Assembly: GCA_022768785.1 (NCBI GenBank)
Contig: JALELI010000125.1
Coordinates: 1,865 to 65,864, forward strand
DNA from: Arcanobacterium sp.
Lineage (GTDB): Bacteria; Actinomycetota; Actinomycetes; Actinomycetales; Actinomycetaceae
Reading direction: 5' to 3'
Length of the DNA: 64,000 nucleotides
Shown: positions 48,881 through 58,991 of the stretch, piece by piece
Numbering within the stretch: position 1 is the first letter of the stretch
Layout: each line of letters begins with the position of its first letter
Made by a program: the position numbers and the translations under genes
Notes under the pieces: generated by a model
Database searches by the model: none
Seen by the model: only the letters and a program-made list of their open reading frames with translations
What the model was told of the DNA's origin: nothing

Positions 48881-49446
48881 TGTTCTTCACCTTTGAGCCG
48901 TGGCTCGCTGGTAAGCTCTGGGTGCACGCCGAGTTTGCCGGCGTAAAATGCCCGAATATCGTCCATATCGTGTTTCATATCGCCAGTGAGCATATGCGGA
49001 GTGGAATCCCAGCCATACACTTTTTGTGAAGCGTCAATAAACCCATAGATCACAGGAATATGCGCCCCGAGCGCGATGTGGTAGAAGCCTGATTTCCAAT
49101 AGGGGCGCTGTGCTCGCGTTCCTTTCGGGGCGATCACGAGGAGAAACTCATCAGCTGCCGCAGCTTCTTCAATAGCCTGTTCCACCACGCCATGATGCTG
49201 AGAACGCTCGATAGAAACGCCCCCGAGGGCGCGCACGAGAGCGCCGAGCACCGGCAGATCGGCCGCCTGATTTTTCACCATAAACCGCAAGGGCCTGCCA
49301 GCATACCAAAAGGCCATCACCATCAAAACGGCGTCCATCACCGAGGTGTGCGGAGCCCCAATCACCACTGCTTTAGGTGGCAGCGGGGGAGTCTGCATTC
49401 TCATGGGATACAACCGCCGAAAAATGCGAGCAATTAGCTTTTTCAT
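48877..49446 (-). CDS. 1-acyl-sn-glycerol-3-phosphate acyltransferase family protein
   Basis: GAPHTSVMD (HX4D), APKGTR, WKSGFYHIA. Confidence 0.88.
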   Translation of the reverse strand: MKKLIARIFRRLYPMRMQTPPLPPKAVVIGAPHTSVMDAVLMVMAFWYAGRPLRFMVKNQAADLPVLGALVRALGGVSIERSQHHGVVEQAIEEAAAADEFLLVIAPKGTRAQRPYWKSGFYHIALGAHIPVIYGFIDASQKVYGWDSTPHMLTGDMKHDMDDIRAFYAGKLGVHPELTSEPRLKGEEQ

Positions 49447-49701
49447 AAAAGAGTTTCACTCCTTATTTATCTCACACCTGCTGCGTTGAGAATGGCTCAT
49501 AAAGAGTGGCTCACAAACACGCAGTGAGAAAAGTTATTATGCCATGACAAGGCTACCGCATACCGGCATATTCACTCACACCGGCTGGAGACGTCACAGA
49601 GGAATAGGCTAATTCTTCCTGCTGCCTGCTGCGCTGAGATAGGGTAAGAGCAGCAGCGCTCACAGAATCAGCGCTGATTGTGCAGGTATGAGGAGGAGCA
49701 G

Positions 49702-51237
49702 ATGGGAGAGCCACGACGGCGGGTGCGAGCGATCGCGGCGTTGTGTGCAGCGGCGAGCTGCACACTTAGTGCATGCACAGCGGCGCTCGAACCACTTGAG
49801 CCAGCTGCTCCAAAATCTTCTCCAACCCAGCAATCTACTTCTGCAAAGCCCACTGCACCAGAGCCTAATTCCTATGCCGCAGGTGCAGTGCCCAGCTGGA
49901 AAGTGGCCCTGCCCAGTGCTCCCACACTAGTGGCTTACTCAGAAAAAGCGCGTGTATTTGTGGTGGCCATAGATCAGATTGGCGCGGTGCGCCCCGCACA
50001 GGTGAAGGCATTCGCAGAAGTGGGAAACACCCAAGTGCTGGAGCGCTGGAGTTTAGATGTGCCGCATGTGAGTACGGTGACGGCGCTCGCAGTGGTGGGT
50101 GATAGCGTATTTTTGAATGGTGCAGACGCCTCCGGCAGAACAGATTTTCTCACGATTAACCTCAGCACCGGAACACTGCGCAGCAGTTGGGCGCGCACGC
50201 AAGGGGTGACGGCGTCGTCACAAGATGGCCACAAAACTGGATCTGCAGGAGCTACGGCTCCCCAGATTGTGGGAGTGTATGGCGATCGATTGGGGGTGGT
50301 GAGTGCCGCTCCAGTTTCTTTTATAGCGGAGCTGCTCGATGCCAACGGCGTTAGAGTGAGTGCGCGCGATATTCCGTTTACACAAAATCAGGTGGCGGCA
50401 TCCTCTACTCCAGAAACTGACGTGCGCACGGAGGTTGGGGTGCCTGGGCCCAGCGCTGCGGATAATGCCCGTGGAGGAGCAGTGGCAGCTGGGAAATTGG
50501 TAGTAACCTCACATTTAGTAAACACTCAACTCCCTGCTCCACGCAGTGCAGCGCCACAGGCACTCCAGCCACTGAACGCTGGCACCCAATTTGTGGGATT
50601 TCCGCAGCTCGGAGTGATGAGCGGCGATGAATGTTTCGCTGCGGCAGACGGGTTTGTGTGTTTATCGTTTGCAGCTGAGCAAGTGCCTAGCCAAGAGAAG
50701 AGCAAAGCAGAGGGAGCGCTGAAAGAACCTGTAGGAGATACTGGTGCTCCTGAAACGGTTTCTAAAACGGGAGCCGCAGTGGTGGTGAGTGAATATGATC
50801 TGCTGGGCCACTACGTGCGCCAAACGGTGGCTGATTCACGTTCCGTAGCAGCCACACTGAAGCCAGTGAGCTTCATGGCTGCGATCACCGCGAGAGAGCT
50901 CGGAGACGCTCTTGTGGCAACGAATAAAGATGTGCCGGAGCGTGAAAGCGGCAAAGCGACAGCTCAAAACCGCGAAGCTGCGATGTTTTACGCCGGTGCT
51001 TGGTGGCCGTATTCTCAATGGCGTGTTCCAGATGGAGAGCGGATCCAAGGGGCTCGGGCATTGCCTGGCATGGCTCCGCTCTATCAGCTTTCAACCGGAA
51101 CGATTGTGAACGCACAAAGTGGAAAACGGATCACAGGCAAAAGCGGGATCGGCTATCAGGGAGTGGGCGATGGCGCACAGCGGCTTTTTGAGTTTGTGAA
51201 TGGTGAACTCATATTGCTCACACCCGCCCAACATTAG
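49702..51237 (+). CDS. Uncharacterised lipoprotein
   Basis: GAGGAG RBS, lipobox LSAC, beta-strand-rich body. Confidence 0.7.
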   Translation: MGEPRRRVRAIAALCAAASCTLSACTAALEPLEPAAPKSSPTQQSTSAKPTAPEPNSYAAGAVPSWKVALPSAPTLVAYSEKARVFVVAIDQIGAVRPAQVKAFAEVGNTQVLERWSLDVPHVSTVTALAVVGDSVFLNGADASGRTDFLTINLSTGTLRSSWARTQGVTASSQDGHKTGSAGATAPQIVGVYGDRLGVVSAAPVSFIAELLDANGVRVSARDIPFTQNQVAASSTPETDVRTEVGVPGPSAADNARGGAVAAGKLVVTSHLVNTQLPAPRSAAPQALQPLNAGTQFVGFPQLGVMSGDECFAAADGFVCLSFAAEQVPSQEKSKAEGALKEPVGDTGAPETVSKTGAAVVVSEYDLLGHYVRQTVADSRSVAATLKPVSFMAAITARELGDALVATNKDVPERESGKATAQNREAAMFYAGAWWPYSQWRVPDGERIQGARALPGMAPLYQLSTGTIVNAQSGKRITGKSGIGYQGVGDGAQRLFEFVNGELILLTPAQH

Positions 51238-51307
51238 CGCTTCACATGATGCCGGGTATGCGAGTGTGCGCAGCCGATATCCCCGAAGTTCTCGATACAC
51301 TCTAGCT

Positions 51308-51991
51308 ATGAGCGAGGCGTGGAACGATTCGAACGAGCGAGAGATTCCATTCGAATTTGAACGGAAATTTTATGTGAAGCAACTTCCACAGGAAGTGCTG
51401 GAGCATGGCTCACAAACTGTGATTGTGCAGGCGTATATTTTTGCTGAAGCGGGATATGCTGTGCGCGTGCGCATGGCTTTTCGCGGAGTGGCTGTGGAAT
51501 TTCCGCCTTTTGCCGAAGCTACCGATCATATGGGCGCCTACGAGCGGAAAGTGCTCGCGCAGTTAGTGGCAGCAGTAGAGCATACAGATTCAGAGAATAT
51601 CGGAGTGAGCGCCACAATCGCGGTGAAGAGCCCACCCGTGAGCGGAGAGCGCTATGAACTGGAAGATGAACTAGATCCCGATGTTGCGGTGCAAATCTTG
51701 CACCGCAGTGCCCGCCTAGTGCTCAAAACTCGTTATTCGATGTGGTATGGCGAAGATGGCTGGGAGTTCGATGTGTTCGATGGACAAAATCACGGGCTTA
51801 TAGTGGCGGAATGCGAGCGCATTAGCCCGGTGGTGGATCTAGAAGTGCCAGAATTTTGCATCACTGAACTCACTGGCGATCTGCGATTCACAAATGACTA
51901 TCTCTCCAAAGAGCCGTGGAGCCAGTGGGCACATCAATTCCGGGCGGAGCTCGCAGCACGCGGGCCATTCTTTCTCAAGCTCACCAGCTAG
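51308..51991 (+). CDS. CYTH-domain protein
   Basis: EFERKF, VRVR, VKSP..GERYELE, KTRY, WEFDVF, VAECE, TGDLRFTN. Confidence 0.85.
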   Translation: MSEAWNDSNEREIPFEFERKFYVKQLPQEVLEHGSQTVIVQAYIFAEAGYAVRVRMAFRGVAVEFPPFAEATDHMGAYERKVLAQLVAAVEHTDSENIGVSATIAVKSPPVSGERYELEDELDPDVAVQILHRSARLVLKTRYSMWYGEDGWEFDVFDGQNHGLIVAECERISPVVDLEVPEFCITELTGDLRFTNDYLSKEPWSQWAHQFRAELAARGPFFLKLTS

Positions 51992-52260
51992 CTCTCCACG
52001 AATCTAGCAGGCGGCGTGTATGGCCCAAGCTCAGGTGCCAAGCGAGGGAAAAATAGGGGCACTATCAATCGAGAGAGTTGCTCCGCTCTAAGGAACGCTG
52101 AGTTAGTGCGTCGAGGGGTGTTCGAGCTGTGTCTGGAACTGAGCTATGCACAGAATTTATGCCCTAGAACGGGGAAATGGAGGAGCACTGTGGCACCCCA
52201 GACGTGTGCTAGTTCAGGAATCGGATAGTTAGGCTGGCTAGTGAAGCTCTAGTGAGCAGC

Positions 52261-53514
52261 CTACTGGCGGCGGGCTAGAGCTCCAGCGAAGCTCGGAGTA
52301 AGCGGCAGATCTGGCAGCAGCATTGCCTGAGCAGCGTGGTAGATATCTGGTTTTCCAGGCCAGGTGACGCCGGAGGGGTGATTGGCGTTGTCGAGCTCGT
52401 GATACCAGCGGCCTGGGGCTTCAATCACGTATGTGCGCACGTATTCAGCAAGCTCCTGCCAGGTGATGCCCATACGTTTTTCCAACCCGCCCAGCTGAAA
52501 AAGCGAAGCAAAGGTGGTGAATGCCGCGCTGGCAGCCAGTGCCTCACAAGCAGTCCAATGCATACGCTCATGCACAATTGGAGTGCCGGAGAAATCTGTG
52601 GTGTAGACGATCCCGGGCGCGCCGTCTACATTCCAACCGTCAGCCATAGCGCGATCAAAAAGCTGCAGTGCAACTGTGGGAAGAGTGCTGAGCAGTTCGG
52701 TGGTGGCCGATGGGCGATCCTGCTGTGGCGCCGCTTGTACGGTGGCCCAATACTGCAAGGTGAGCCGTGCCCATTCGATGCCGTGCCCTGGAGTAACACC
52801 AAATGGGCGGAATGGATCTGCGGGGCGCTCGCGGTTGAAATCTGGCAAAAACTCCCAAGAACTGCTGTAATGCTCACCCACACGCCAGTTGAGCTGGGAG
52901 GCGTGGCTGGCCACAAAGGCCACAATAGCTCCCGCATGTGCTAGCCATTGTGAATCATGGGTGGCGTCCCAGGCAGCCAACAGACCTTCTACAGTGTGCA
53001 TATTTGCATTAATGCCGCGATAGGGCTCGGTTTCGGTGAATTCGCGATTCCAGGCTTCGCGTACCAATCCAGCTTCCGGTTCCCAGAAGTGCCGATTGTG
53101 CGCTGCAGCTGCGGCGTCAAACAACTCTTGTGCGCCCGGAATTTTGGCCTGTAAGCCAGAGCTTGCAGCTAGTAGCACAAATGCGTGGGCGTAGCCCTCT
53201 TTGCGGGTGCCAGCGCTTCCCATGGGAGTGCCCTCGAGAGTGAGAGTGGCAAAAAAGCCGCCGCATTCGGCATCGTAAAAATGTGTGAGCAGCGATTGAA
53301 TCCCGTGCTCAGCATATTCGCGAGCGCTCTGATCTCCGCGCAGGGCAGCGAGGCAGAAGATGTGGCTCATTCGGCAGTTAATCCAGAGCTGAGCTCCAGC
53401 AGCGGGATCTATTGAGCCATCGGCCTGCATCGTGCCAAAGCCAATAGCCACACGTGATTTCTTGCCGAATTCCACGAGTGCATCAAATTCACTGGCGCAC
53501 CACGATGTATCCAT
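52261..53514 (-). CDS. AGE-family sugar epimerase/isomerase (YihS-like)
   Basis: NCRMSH, YAHAFVLLA, NANMHTVE, TPGHGIEWARL, RMHW..CEA, WYHELD, KPDIYHAAQA. Confidence 0.9.
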   Translation of the reverse strand: MDTSWCASEFDALVEFGKKSRVAIGFGTMQADGSIDPAAGAQLWINCRMSHIFCLAALRGDQSAREYAEHGIQSLLTHFYDAECGGFFATLTLEGTPMGSAGTRKEGYAHAFVLLAASSGLQAKIPGAQELFDAAAAAHNRHFWEPEAGLVREAWNREFTETEPYRGINANMHTVEGLLAAWDATHDSQWLAHAGAIVAFVASHASQLNWRVGEHYSSSWEFLPDFNRERPADPFRPFGVTPGHGIEWARLTLQYWATVQAAPQQDRPSATTELLSTLPTVALQLFDRAMADGWNVDGAPGIVYTTDFSGTPIVHERMHWTACEALAASAAFTTFASLFQLGGLEKRMGITWQELAEYVRTYVIEAPGRWYHELDNANHPSGVTWPGKPDIYHAAQAMLLPDLPLTPSFAGALARRQ

Positions 53515-53575
53515 ATTTCGTCCTCACTGTTGCCACGCTGCGCATCTAAGCGCAATCCCGCTCTTATAGTTCGCG

Positions 53576-53610
53576 CTGATTGCCAACCCTATGAGACTGA
53601 TTGCCAACCC
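53576..53610. repeat. 14-bp direct repeat, 21-bp period, upstream of the epimerase
   Basis: CTGATTGCCAACCC at 53576 and 53597. Confidence 0.8.
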
Positions 53611-53678
53611 CCATAAGCTTACAGTGAAATCTGGGGCGGGAAATAGGAAGTGGGGAAGGATTAGGAAACTGGGAATGC

Positions 53679-53716
53679 GGAGCGGGCGGCTATCCACGCA
53701 TCTAGCCGCCCGCTCC
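53679..53716. terminator. GC-rich hairpin downstream of the P-type ATPase
   Basis: GGAGCGGGCGGCTA-10 nt-TAGCCGCCCGCTCC. Confidence 0.65.
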
Positions 53717-53940
53717 TCGGGAAGTGATGAAACAGCAAAGCAGAGGCACTAATTCCGCTCGCTTCATCACGCTATTCACTTTGCACTCATACTCACAGCA
53801 AGGATCCTGAGAAACAGAATCAGAGGAGGAGCCTCAGGGGAACGGCTCCTCCGTGCTGATGTTTTTAGTATGCACAGTGAAGCTGAGATAAAAGCTGGCC
53901 AACCCTGGGCATTCCCTGAAAGTTTTTCTGATAGGTAACT

Positions 53941-56370
53941 TCAGAGCCGTTGGCTCAGCCTCTTGCCGACGGTGTGCCACGTGCACTCCACCGCCACAGC
54001 AGCCACAGTGCCTATTACAGCCCCGGTGAGCATCATGGTGAGATTTGATGAATCCAGCATAAAAAGTTGCTGTGTGATCGGAAGCGTGAAAATCAACCCA
54101 TACCCGAGCAGGGGGGTGAGAAATAACGCGATCTTCCAGGCATTCCATGGCCGAGCCACACAAGCGAGCACCCACACGGAGGGAATAATCAGCGCTAGGA
54201 GCGCGGCGGTGGATTGTGGCGTGTGTTCTGGGGTAACGCCGTCTTTGCAGGTGAGCAGATACGTGAGGAATGAGCTAATAGCCACAATCGCGCCTGAAGG
54301 AATGGCAAAACCAAGCACTCGGCGGGTGAATCCGGTGCGAGCCCGAGCGTTATTAGGCGGCAGTGAGAGCAGAAAAGCTGGTAGGCCGATGGTGAACCAG
54401 CCGGTGATAGTCACGTGAATTGGCTGGAATGGAAAAGGGAGCTGGGCAATGAGCACAAGCACTGCTAACAGCGCCGAATATGTGGTTTTGGTGAGGAACA
54501 GATTCGCCACTCGCTCGATATTACCGATCACGCGCCGGCCTTCACCCACCACCAATGGCAAGGTGGCAAAGCGGTTATCGAGTAATACGATCTTCGCCAC
54601 AGCCCGTGCGGCTGAGCTGCCAGTGCCCATCGCCACGCCAATATCGGCATCTTTCAGAGCGAGCACGTCGTTTACGCCATCGCCGGTCATCGCCACAGTG
54701 TGCCCGTTGCGCTGGAGTGCTTTCACCATTGCCTGCTTCTGATCGGGCCGCACGCGGCCAAACACCGTATGCTCTTCGAGGGCAGCAGCAAAATCTTCAG
54801 GAGTGGCTCCATCTAGGCTGCGTGCATCGAGAGCGGCATCATCGGTGACGCCGAGCTGTGCTGTTACAGCTGCCACAGAGGTGGGGTTATCACCAGAGAT
54901 TACTTTAAGCGCCACATCTTGGCTGCGGAAATAATCAAGTGCTGCATGAGCATCGGGGCGCACTTTCTGCGCGAGCACCACTAGAGCATAGGGAGTGACG
55001 CCGATAGCACCCAGATCTTCGTGCGGCTGCGGGAGCCTAGGGGTGTAGGCGAGTAAAAGCACTCGCAACCCCTGCGCCTCGAGCTGTGCTGCTTGGGCGC
55101 TAGCTGTGCTGTGGGCCGGAGAAAGCACATCGGGAGCTCCGAAGAGCCAGGTGCCATGCTCGGCACATGAGATTCCAGCCCATTTAGTGGCTGATGAAAA
55201 CGGCTGGCGCGCCGTCACTTTCCAGAGCTCTGTGGGCTGCGGCAGAGCCTGAAAGACGGCTTCGGCAGTGGCATTGCGGTCTGGATCAGCGGCTACAAAC
55301 TGGGCGAGCACTTCCTGAGCGGGTGCCAAATTTTCTATGGTATTTTCCGTTTTCGCTTCGGCTTTGCCCGTATCGCTGTTGCTCAATGGAATGAGCGAGC
55401 TGAATTCCATAGTGCCCTCGGTGAGAGTGCCGGTTTTATCGGCGCACACAGTATCCACCCGGGCAAGGCCTTCGATGGCGGGGAGTTCTTGCACCAAACA
55501 ACGGTGTTTTCCAAGGCGAATCACACCGAGTGCGAAAGCTGTGGAGGTGATCAGCACGAGCCCCTCTGGCACCATTGGCACCAGAGCCCCGGTGATAGCC
55601 AGCACAGTGGTGCGATACGTTGCCATTCCGTGAGCGATTTGAGAGATTACGCTCGTCACGGCCACAGGCACGAGAATCCAGGTGATCACAACTAAAATGC
55701 GATCAATTGCTGCCTGGAGTTGAGATTTATTGAGGGTGTATTTACTCGCTTGAGCAGTGAGCTGCGCAGCATAAGAATCGGCTCCCACCGCCGTCACTCG
55801 ATAAAATCCTGAACCGGCAGCCACAAATGAACCAGATAGTACGCGGCTGCCAGGCTGTTTATGCACAGCATCGGCCTCGCCAGTGAGCAGCGATTCGTTC
55901 ACGGCGAGTTGTTCGCTGTGAATCACTTCGCCGTCCACCACAATCTGCCTGCCGGAGCCAAGCGAGATCACATCATCGAGCACGATCTGATCTTGTGGAA
56001 GCTCAACGATCTGGCCATCTCGCACCACGCTAGGGTGCTCTTCGCCGATCACGCTCAGAGAATCAAGGGTGTGCTTAGCGCGCAGCTCTTGAATAATCCC
56101 AATAGCTGAATTCACCACGATAAGTAGGCCAAAGGCGCAATTGATCCACGATCCAGTGGTGATCACAAAAGCGAGCAGCACTCCGAGAATAGCGTTAATT
56201 CGGGTGAACACATTGGTGCGAATTATCTCGGCCACCGTTTTTCCGGTGCGAGGAGGCAATGTGTTTACATCGCCGCGCTCCACGCGCTCGCGCACTTCAG
56301 CAGTGGATAAACCGAGGAGTTGCGTTGGCGAATCAGCCCACGCAACTCCGGCAGAATGAGAAGCCATCAT
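53941..56370 (-). CDS. P-type cation-transporting ATPase (CtpE-like)
   Basis: ESLLTGEA, VPEGL, DKTGTLT, VISGDN, FGRVRPDQK, MTGDGVND; start uncertain. Confidence 0.92.
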   Translation of the reverse strand: MMASHSAGVAWADSPTQLLGLSTAEVRERVERGDVNTLPPRTGKTVAEIIRTNVFTRINAILGVLLAFVITTGSWINCAFGLLIVVNSAIGIIQELRAKHTLDSLSVIGEEHPSVVRDGQIVELPQDQIVLDDVISLGSGRQIVVDGEVIHSEQLAVNESLLTGEADAVHKQPGSRVLSGSFVAAGSGFYRVTAVGADSYAAQLTAQASKYTLNKSQLQAAIDRILVVITWILVPVAVTSVISQIAHGMATYRTTVLAITGALVPMVPEGLVLITSTAFALGVIRLGKHRCLVQELPAIEGLARVDTVCADKTGTLTEGTMEFSSLIPLSNSDTGKAEAKTENTIENLAPAQEVLAQFVAADPDRNATAEAVFQALPQPTELWKVTARQPFSSATKWAGISCAEHGTWLFGAPDVLSPAHSTASAQAAQLEAQGLRVLLLAYTPRLPQPHEDLGAIGVTPYALVVLAQKVRPDAHAALDYFRSQDVALKVISGDNPTSVAAVTAQLGVTDDAALDARSLDGATPEDFAAALEEHTVFGRVRPDQKQAMVKALQRNGHTVAMTGDGVNDVLALKDADIGVAMGTGSSAARAVAKIVLLDNRFATLPLVVGEGRRVIGNIERVANLFLTKTTYSALLAVLVLIAQLPFPFQPIHVTITGWFTIGLPAFLLSLPPNNARARTGFTRRVLGFAIPSGAIVAISSFLTYLLTCKDGVTPEHTPQSTAALLALIIPSVWVLACVARPWNAWKIALFLTPLLGYGLIFTLPITQQLFMLDSSNLTMMLTGAVIGTVAAVAVECTWHTVGKRLSQRL

Positions 56371-56460
56371 AGATAGCCACTTTATGCGATTGTGAGCGAT
56401 GATGCGATCATCAGGTGGTGGGTCGCGCTGCAACCCACCACCAGCAGGGTGCATATGAGA

Positions 56461-56961
56461 TTATTCGGGATCGTCCATAATCTTTTGCACGGCTTTAGGA
56501 AGAATCGGCAGCACCACCTGCAACGTGGCTTCAAGGCCAGTATGGGTGCCAGAAGAATTCACCACGAAGATACGCTTATGGCCAGACACCAGCACTCCTG
56601 CTCGGCCACGCCACAGGCTAGCAAGTGGATTTCCATTGGCGATTCCAACGGCACGGATAGCTTCGGGAATTCCCGGAATATCCAAGCGGAAAAGCGGATC
56701 CATAGCGCGTGCAGTGTAATCCAGAGGAGACACTCCTGTGCCGCCGATAGTGAGGATAAAATCCACTTGCTCAAAAGCAGCAGTTTGCACTGCCTCGGCA
56801 ATATCGCGCACATCATCACGCACCAGCGCCGTGCTCACCACTGGAACATTCGCCGCCGTAAGCTTTTCCACCGCCATTGGCGTGGCCCAGTCTTCCTGCT
56901 CCCCGCGCGCAGTGGCATCGGAGATACGCACCACTGCGGCAGTTAACGTGGCCTCACTCAT
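56461..56961 (-). CDS. MogA/MoaB-family protein with divergent motifs
   Basis: RISD..A.G..ED, LTIGGTGVSPLDYT, IPGIPEAIR. Confidence 0.78.
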   Translation of the reverse strand: MSEATLTAAVVRISDATARGEQEDWATPMAVEKLTAANVPVVSTALVRDDVRDIAEAVQTAAFEQVDFILTIGGTGVSPLDYTARAMDPLFRLDIPGIPEAIRAVGIANGNPLASLWRGRAGVLVSGHKRIFVVNSSGTHTGLEATLQVVLPILPKAVQKIMDDPE

Positions 56962-57584
56962 TTAGCAGCCTTTTCTTCCGCCTCTGCAGCGGCAGAAGTT
57001 TCCTCTGCTGAGGATTCTTCACTAGCAGAAGTATCTGCAGTTTCTGCTTCGCTGGGAGCGTCTGCCTCAGGAGCTGAGTTGGCAATATCTTCCCAGTAGG
57101 CTTCAGCCCACGGATCCTCTACGGGTTGGGAACGCTTCCAGAGCAAATACGATGTGGCTCCAGCAGCTCCCACGAGCAACAGCGCAATCAAGCCCTTGTG
57201 AGACTTGCGGGATTTGTGCGCGGCAGGAGCTGCTTTCTTGGCTGCCTTTGCGGCGGCAGCTAGCTGTTTAGCAGCTTTTTTCTCGGCTTTAGCGGCTTTC
57301 TTAGTTGCTTTCTTAGAGAGCTCTGCCACCTGCTTCTTTGAAGCATCTGCTGCTGCAGCAGCACTGTGGCCCACTTCAGTGAGCTTAGTTTTTGCATCTT
57401 GAGCAATCGGAGCGATCATCTCAGCAGCCTTGCCAGCGGCGTCCTCAATCTTCGGAGCCGCCCATGCGCGAGCCTCATTCAGCCCATCTGTTGCCTTTTG
57501 AGCGAGAGTTGAGAGCGCGTCATTTGCGCCGTCAAGCACTGCGGCTGCGTCTTTCTTCAGCTTTCTCTTCTTGCACAACGCCAT
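56958..57584 (-). CDS. Ala/Lys-rich helical protein with one TM (DUF5324-like, conserved next to ppiA)
   Basis: Low-complexity AK repeats, TM then WKRSQPVEDPWAE; divergent from ppiA. Confidence 0.6.
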   Translation of the reverse strand: MALCKKRKLKKDAAAVLDGANDALSTLAQKATDGLNEARAWAAPKIEDAAGKAAEMIAPIAQDAKTKLTEVGHSAAAAADASKKQVAELSKKATKKAAKAEKKAAKQLAAAAKAAKKAAPAAHKSRKSHKGLIALLLVGAAGATSYLLWKRSQPVEDPWAEAYWEDIANSAPEADAPSEAETADTSASEESSAEETSAAAEAEEKAAK

Positions 57585-57794
57585 CGTGCACCTCCAATTC
57601 AGACGGCGCTTGCTGAGGCATCTGGCACTCAGAAAAGAAACGCACTATAGCGCATCGCCGTCACTATGTGTGCTTCCTATTTTTCCACGGCTGCGTTTAT
57701 TTTGCACTAGCCAATCACAAAAATTGTGCAGCAAGCGAACGCGAAATAGCAGTTGGCAGAGCTAATCGCACCAAAATATGGAAAGATAGGCGAT

Positions 57795-58316
57795 ATGAAA
57801 GCAACATTGCATACAACTCTTGGCGATATCGCCGTTGATCTCTATCCCGAATATGCCCCAGAAACGGTGGCTAATTTCACCGAGCTGGCGCAAGGAAAAC
57901 GTGAATGGAGCGATCCGCGCACGGGCGCTGCCACCACGGATCCGCTCTATAATGGCGTGATCTTCCATCGGGTGATTGATGGTTTTATGATTCAGGGCGG
58001 CGACCCGTTGGGCACCGGCACCGGCGGGCCGGGATATACGTTTGACGACGAAATCTCGAATGACGTGAACTTCACCGAACCCTACATGCTTGCAATGGCC
58101 AATGCGGGCACCCGTATGGGGCACGGCACCAATGGCTCTCAATTCTTCATCACAGTGGCGCCTACCACGTGGCTGCAGGGCAAGCACACCATCTTTGGGC
58201 GAGTGACTGATCCCAGTTCGCAGGCAGTGGTAGATGCCATCGCCACCACTCCCACCGGCCCAATGGATCGGCCGTTGGACGATGTGGTGATCACATCAAT
58301 CACCGTCGAAGAGTGA
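57795..58316 (+). CDS. ppiA: Cyclophilin-type peptidyl-prolyl isomerase
   Basis: FHRVIDGFMIQGGDP, LAMANAG, TNGSQFFIT, WLQGKHTIFG. Confidence 0.95.
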   Translation: MKATLHTTLGDIAVDLYPEYAPETVANFTELAQGKREWSDPRTGAATTDPLYNGVIFHRVIDGFMIQGGDPLGTGTGGPGYTFDDEISNDVNFTEPYMLAMANAGTRMGHGTNGSQFFITVAPTTWLQGKHTIFGRVTDPSSQAVVDAIATTPTGPMDRPLDDVVITSITVEE

Positions 58317-58322
58317 GCGCAC

Positions 58323-58991
58323 GTGCGGCGTTTTTCTTTCGCAAACCTTAAAAATGCGGGGGTCACCGATACGATTATCGGCATCTGCTTAGTGATGCTG
58401 GGAATTGGCACGGTGATCCCCGCCGTTCCACAAGCGCTCTGTTTTATCCCTCCGCTAGGGCTGGCTGAACCCTATCGATTCATCACATCAGCATTTTTGC
58501 ACAGCGGATTTTGGCACTTCGCTTTTAATATGCTCACTCTTTACCTCGTGGGCACTCAGCTTGAACGAGAACTTGGGCGCGTTCGCTATGCAGCACTGTT
58601 TTTGATCAGTGCGTGTGCGGGGAATGTGGGAGTGCTCGTGTGGGCAGCTACGGTGGGCACGCCGTTTACCGCGGTGGTGGGAGCTTCTGGGGCAGTATTT
58701 GGGCTTTTTGGGGCACTACTCGCATTTGCTGGAGTGGGCTCTCCCAACTTCAAGAGCATTCTCGTTTTAGTGCTTATCAATTTAGCTTATGGTTTTTTGA
58801 ATCCCGGAATCTCTTGGCAATCCCATGTGGCAGGATTCATTGGTGGCTATGCGCTCGCGTGGCTATGGCACCGAACCGCTACCGTGCCGCGCAGATACGC
58901 GGGTTGGCTTGATGCGGGGGCAGCGATGGGGATAGCTCTCGTGCTCGCAGCCATTGCATACGGCAGTATCCACTTCCTCTGGGGCCTGTGA
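58323..58991 (+). CDS. Rhomboid intramembrane serine protease
   Basis: FLHSGFWHFAFNM, GASG catalytic Ser, SWQSHVAG catalytic His. Confidence 0.92.
   Translation: MRRFSFANLKNAGVTDTIIGICLVMLGIGTVIPAVPQALCFIPPLGLAEPYRFITSAFLHSGFWHFAFNMLTLYLVGTQLERELGRVRYAALFLISACAGNVGVLVWAATVGTPFTAVVGASGAVFGLFGALLAFAGVGSPNFKSILVLVLINLAYGFLNPGISWQSHVAGFIGGYALAWLWHRTATVPRRYAGWLDAGAAMGIALVLAAIAYGSIHFLWGL

Noticed and set aside
51992-52260. Possible tRNA or ncRNA in convergent intergenic regions (also 58992-59290)
   Set aside because: No cloverleaf, T-loop motif or convincing stem found by eye
52336-52944. 202-aa plus-strand ORF
   Set aside because: Antisense shadow of the AGE epimerase
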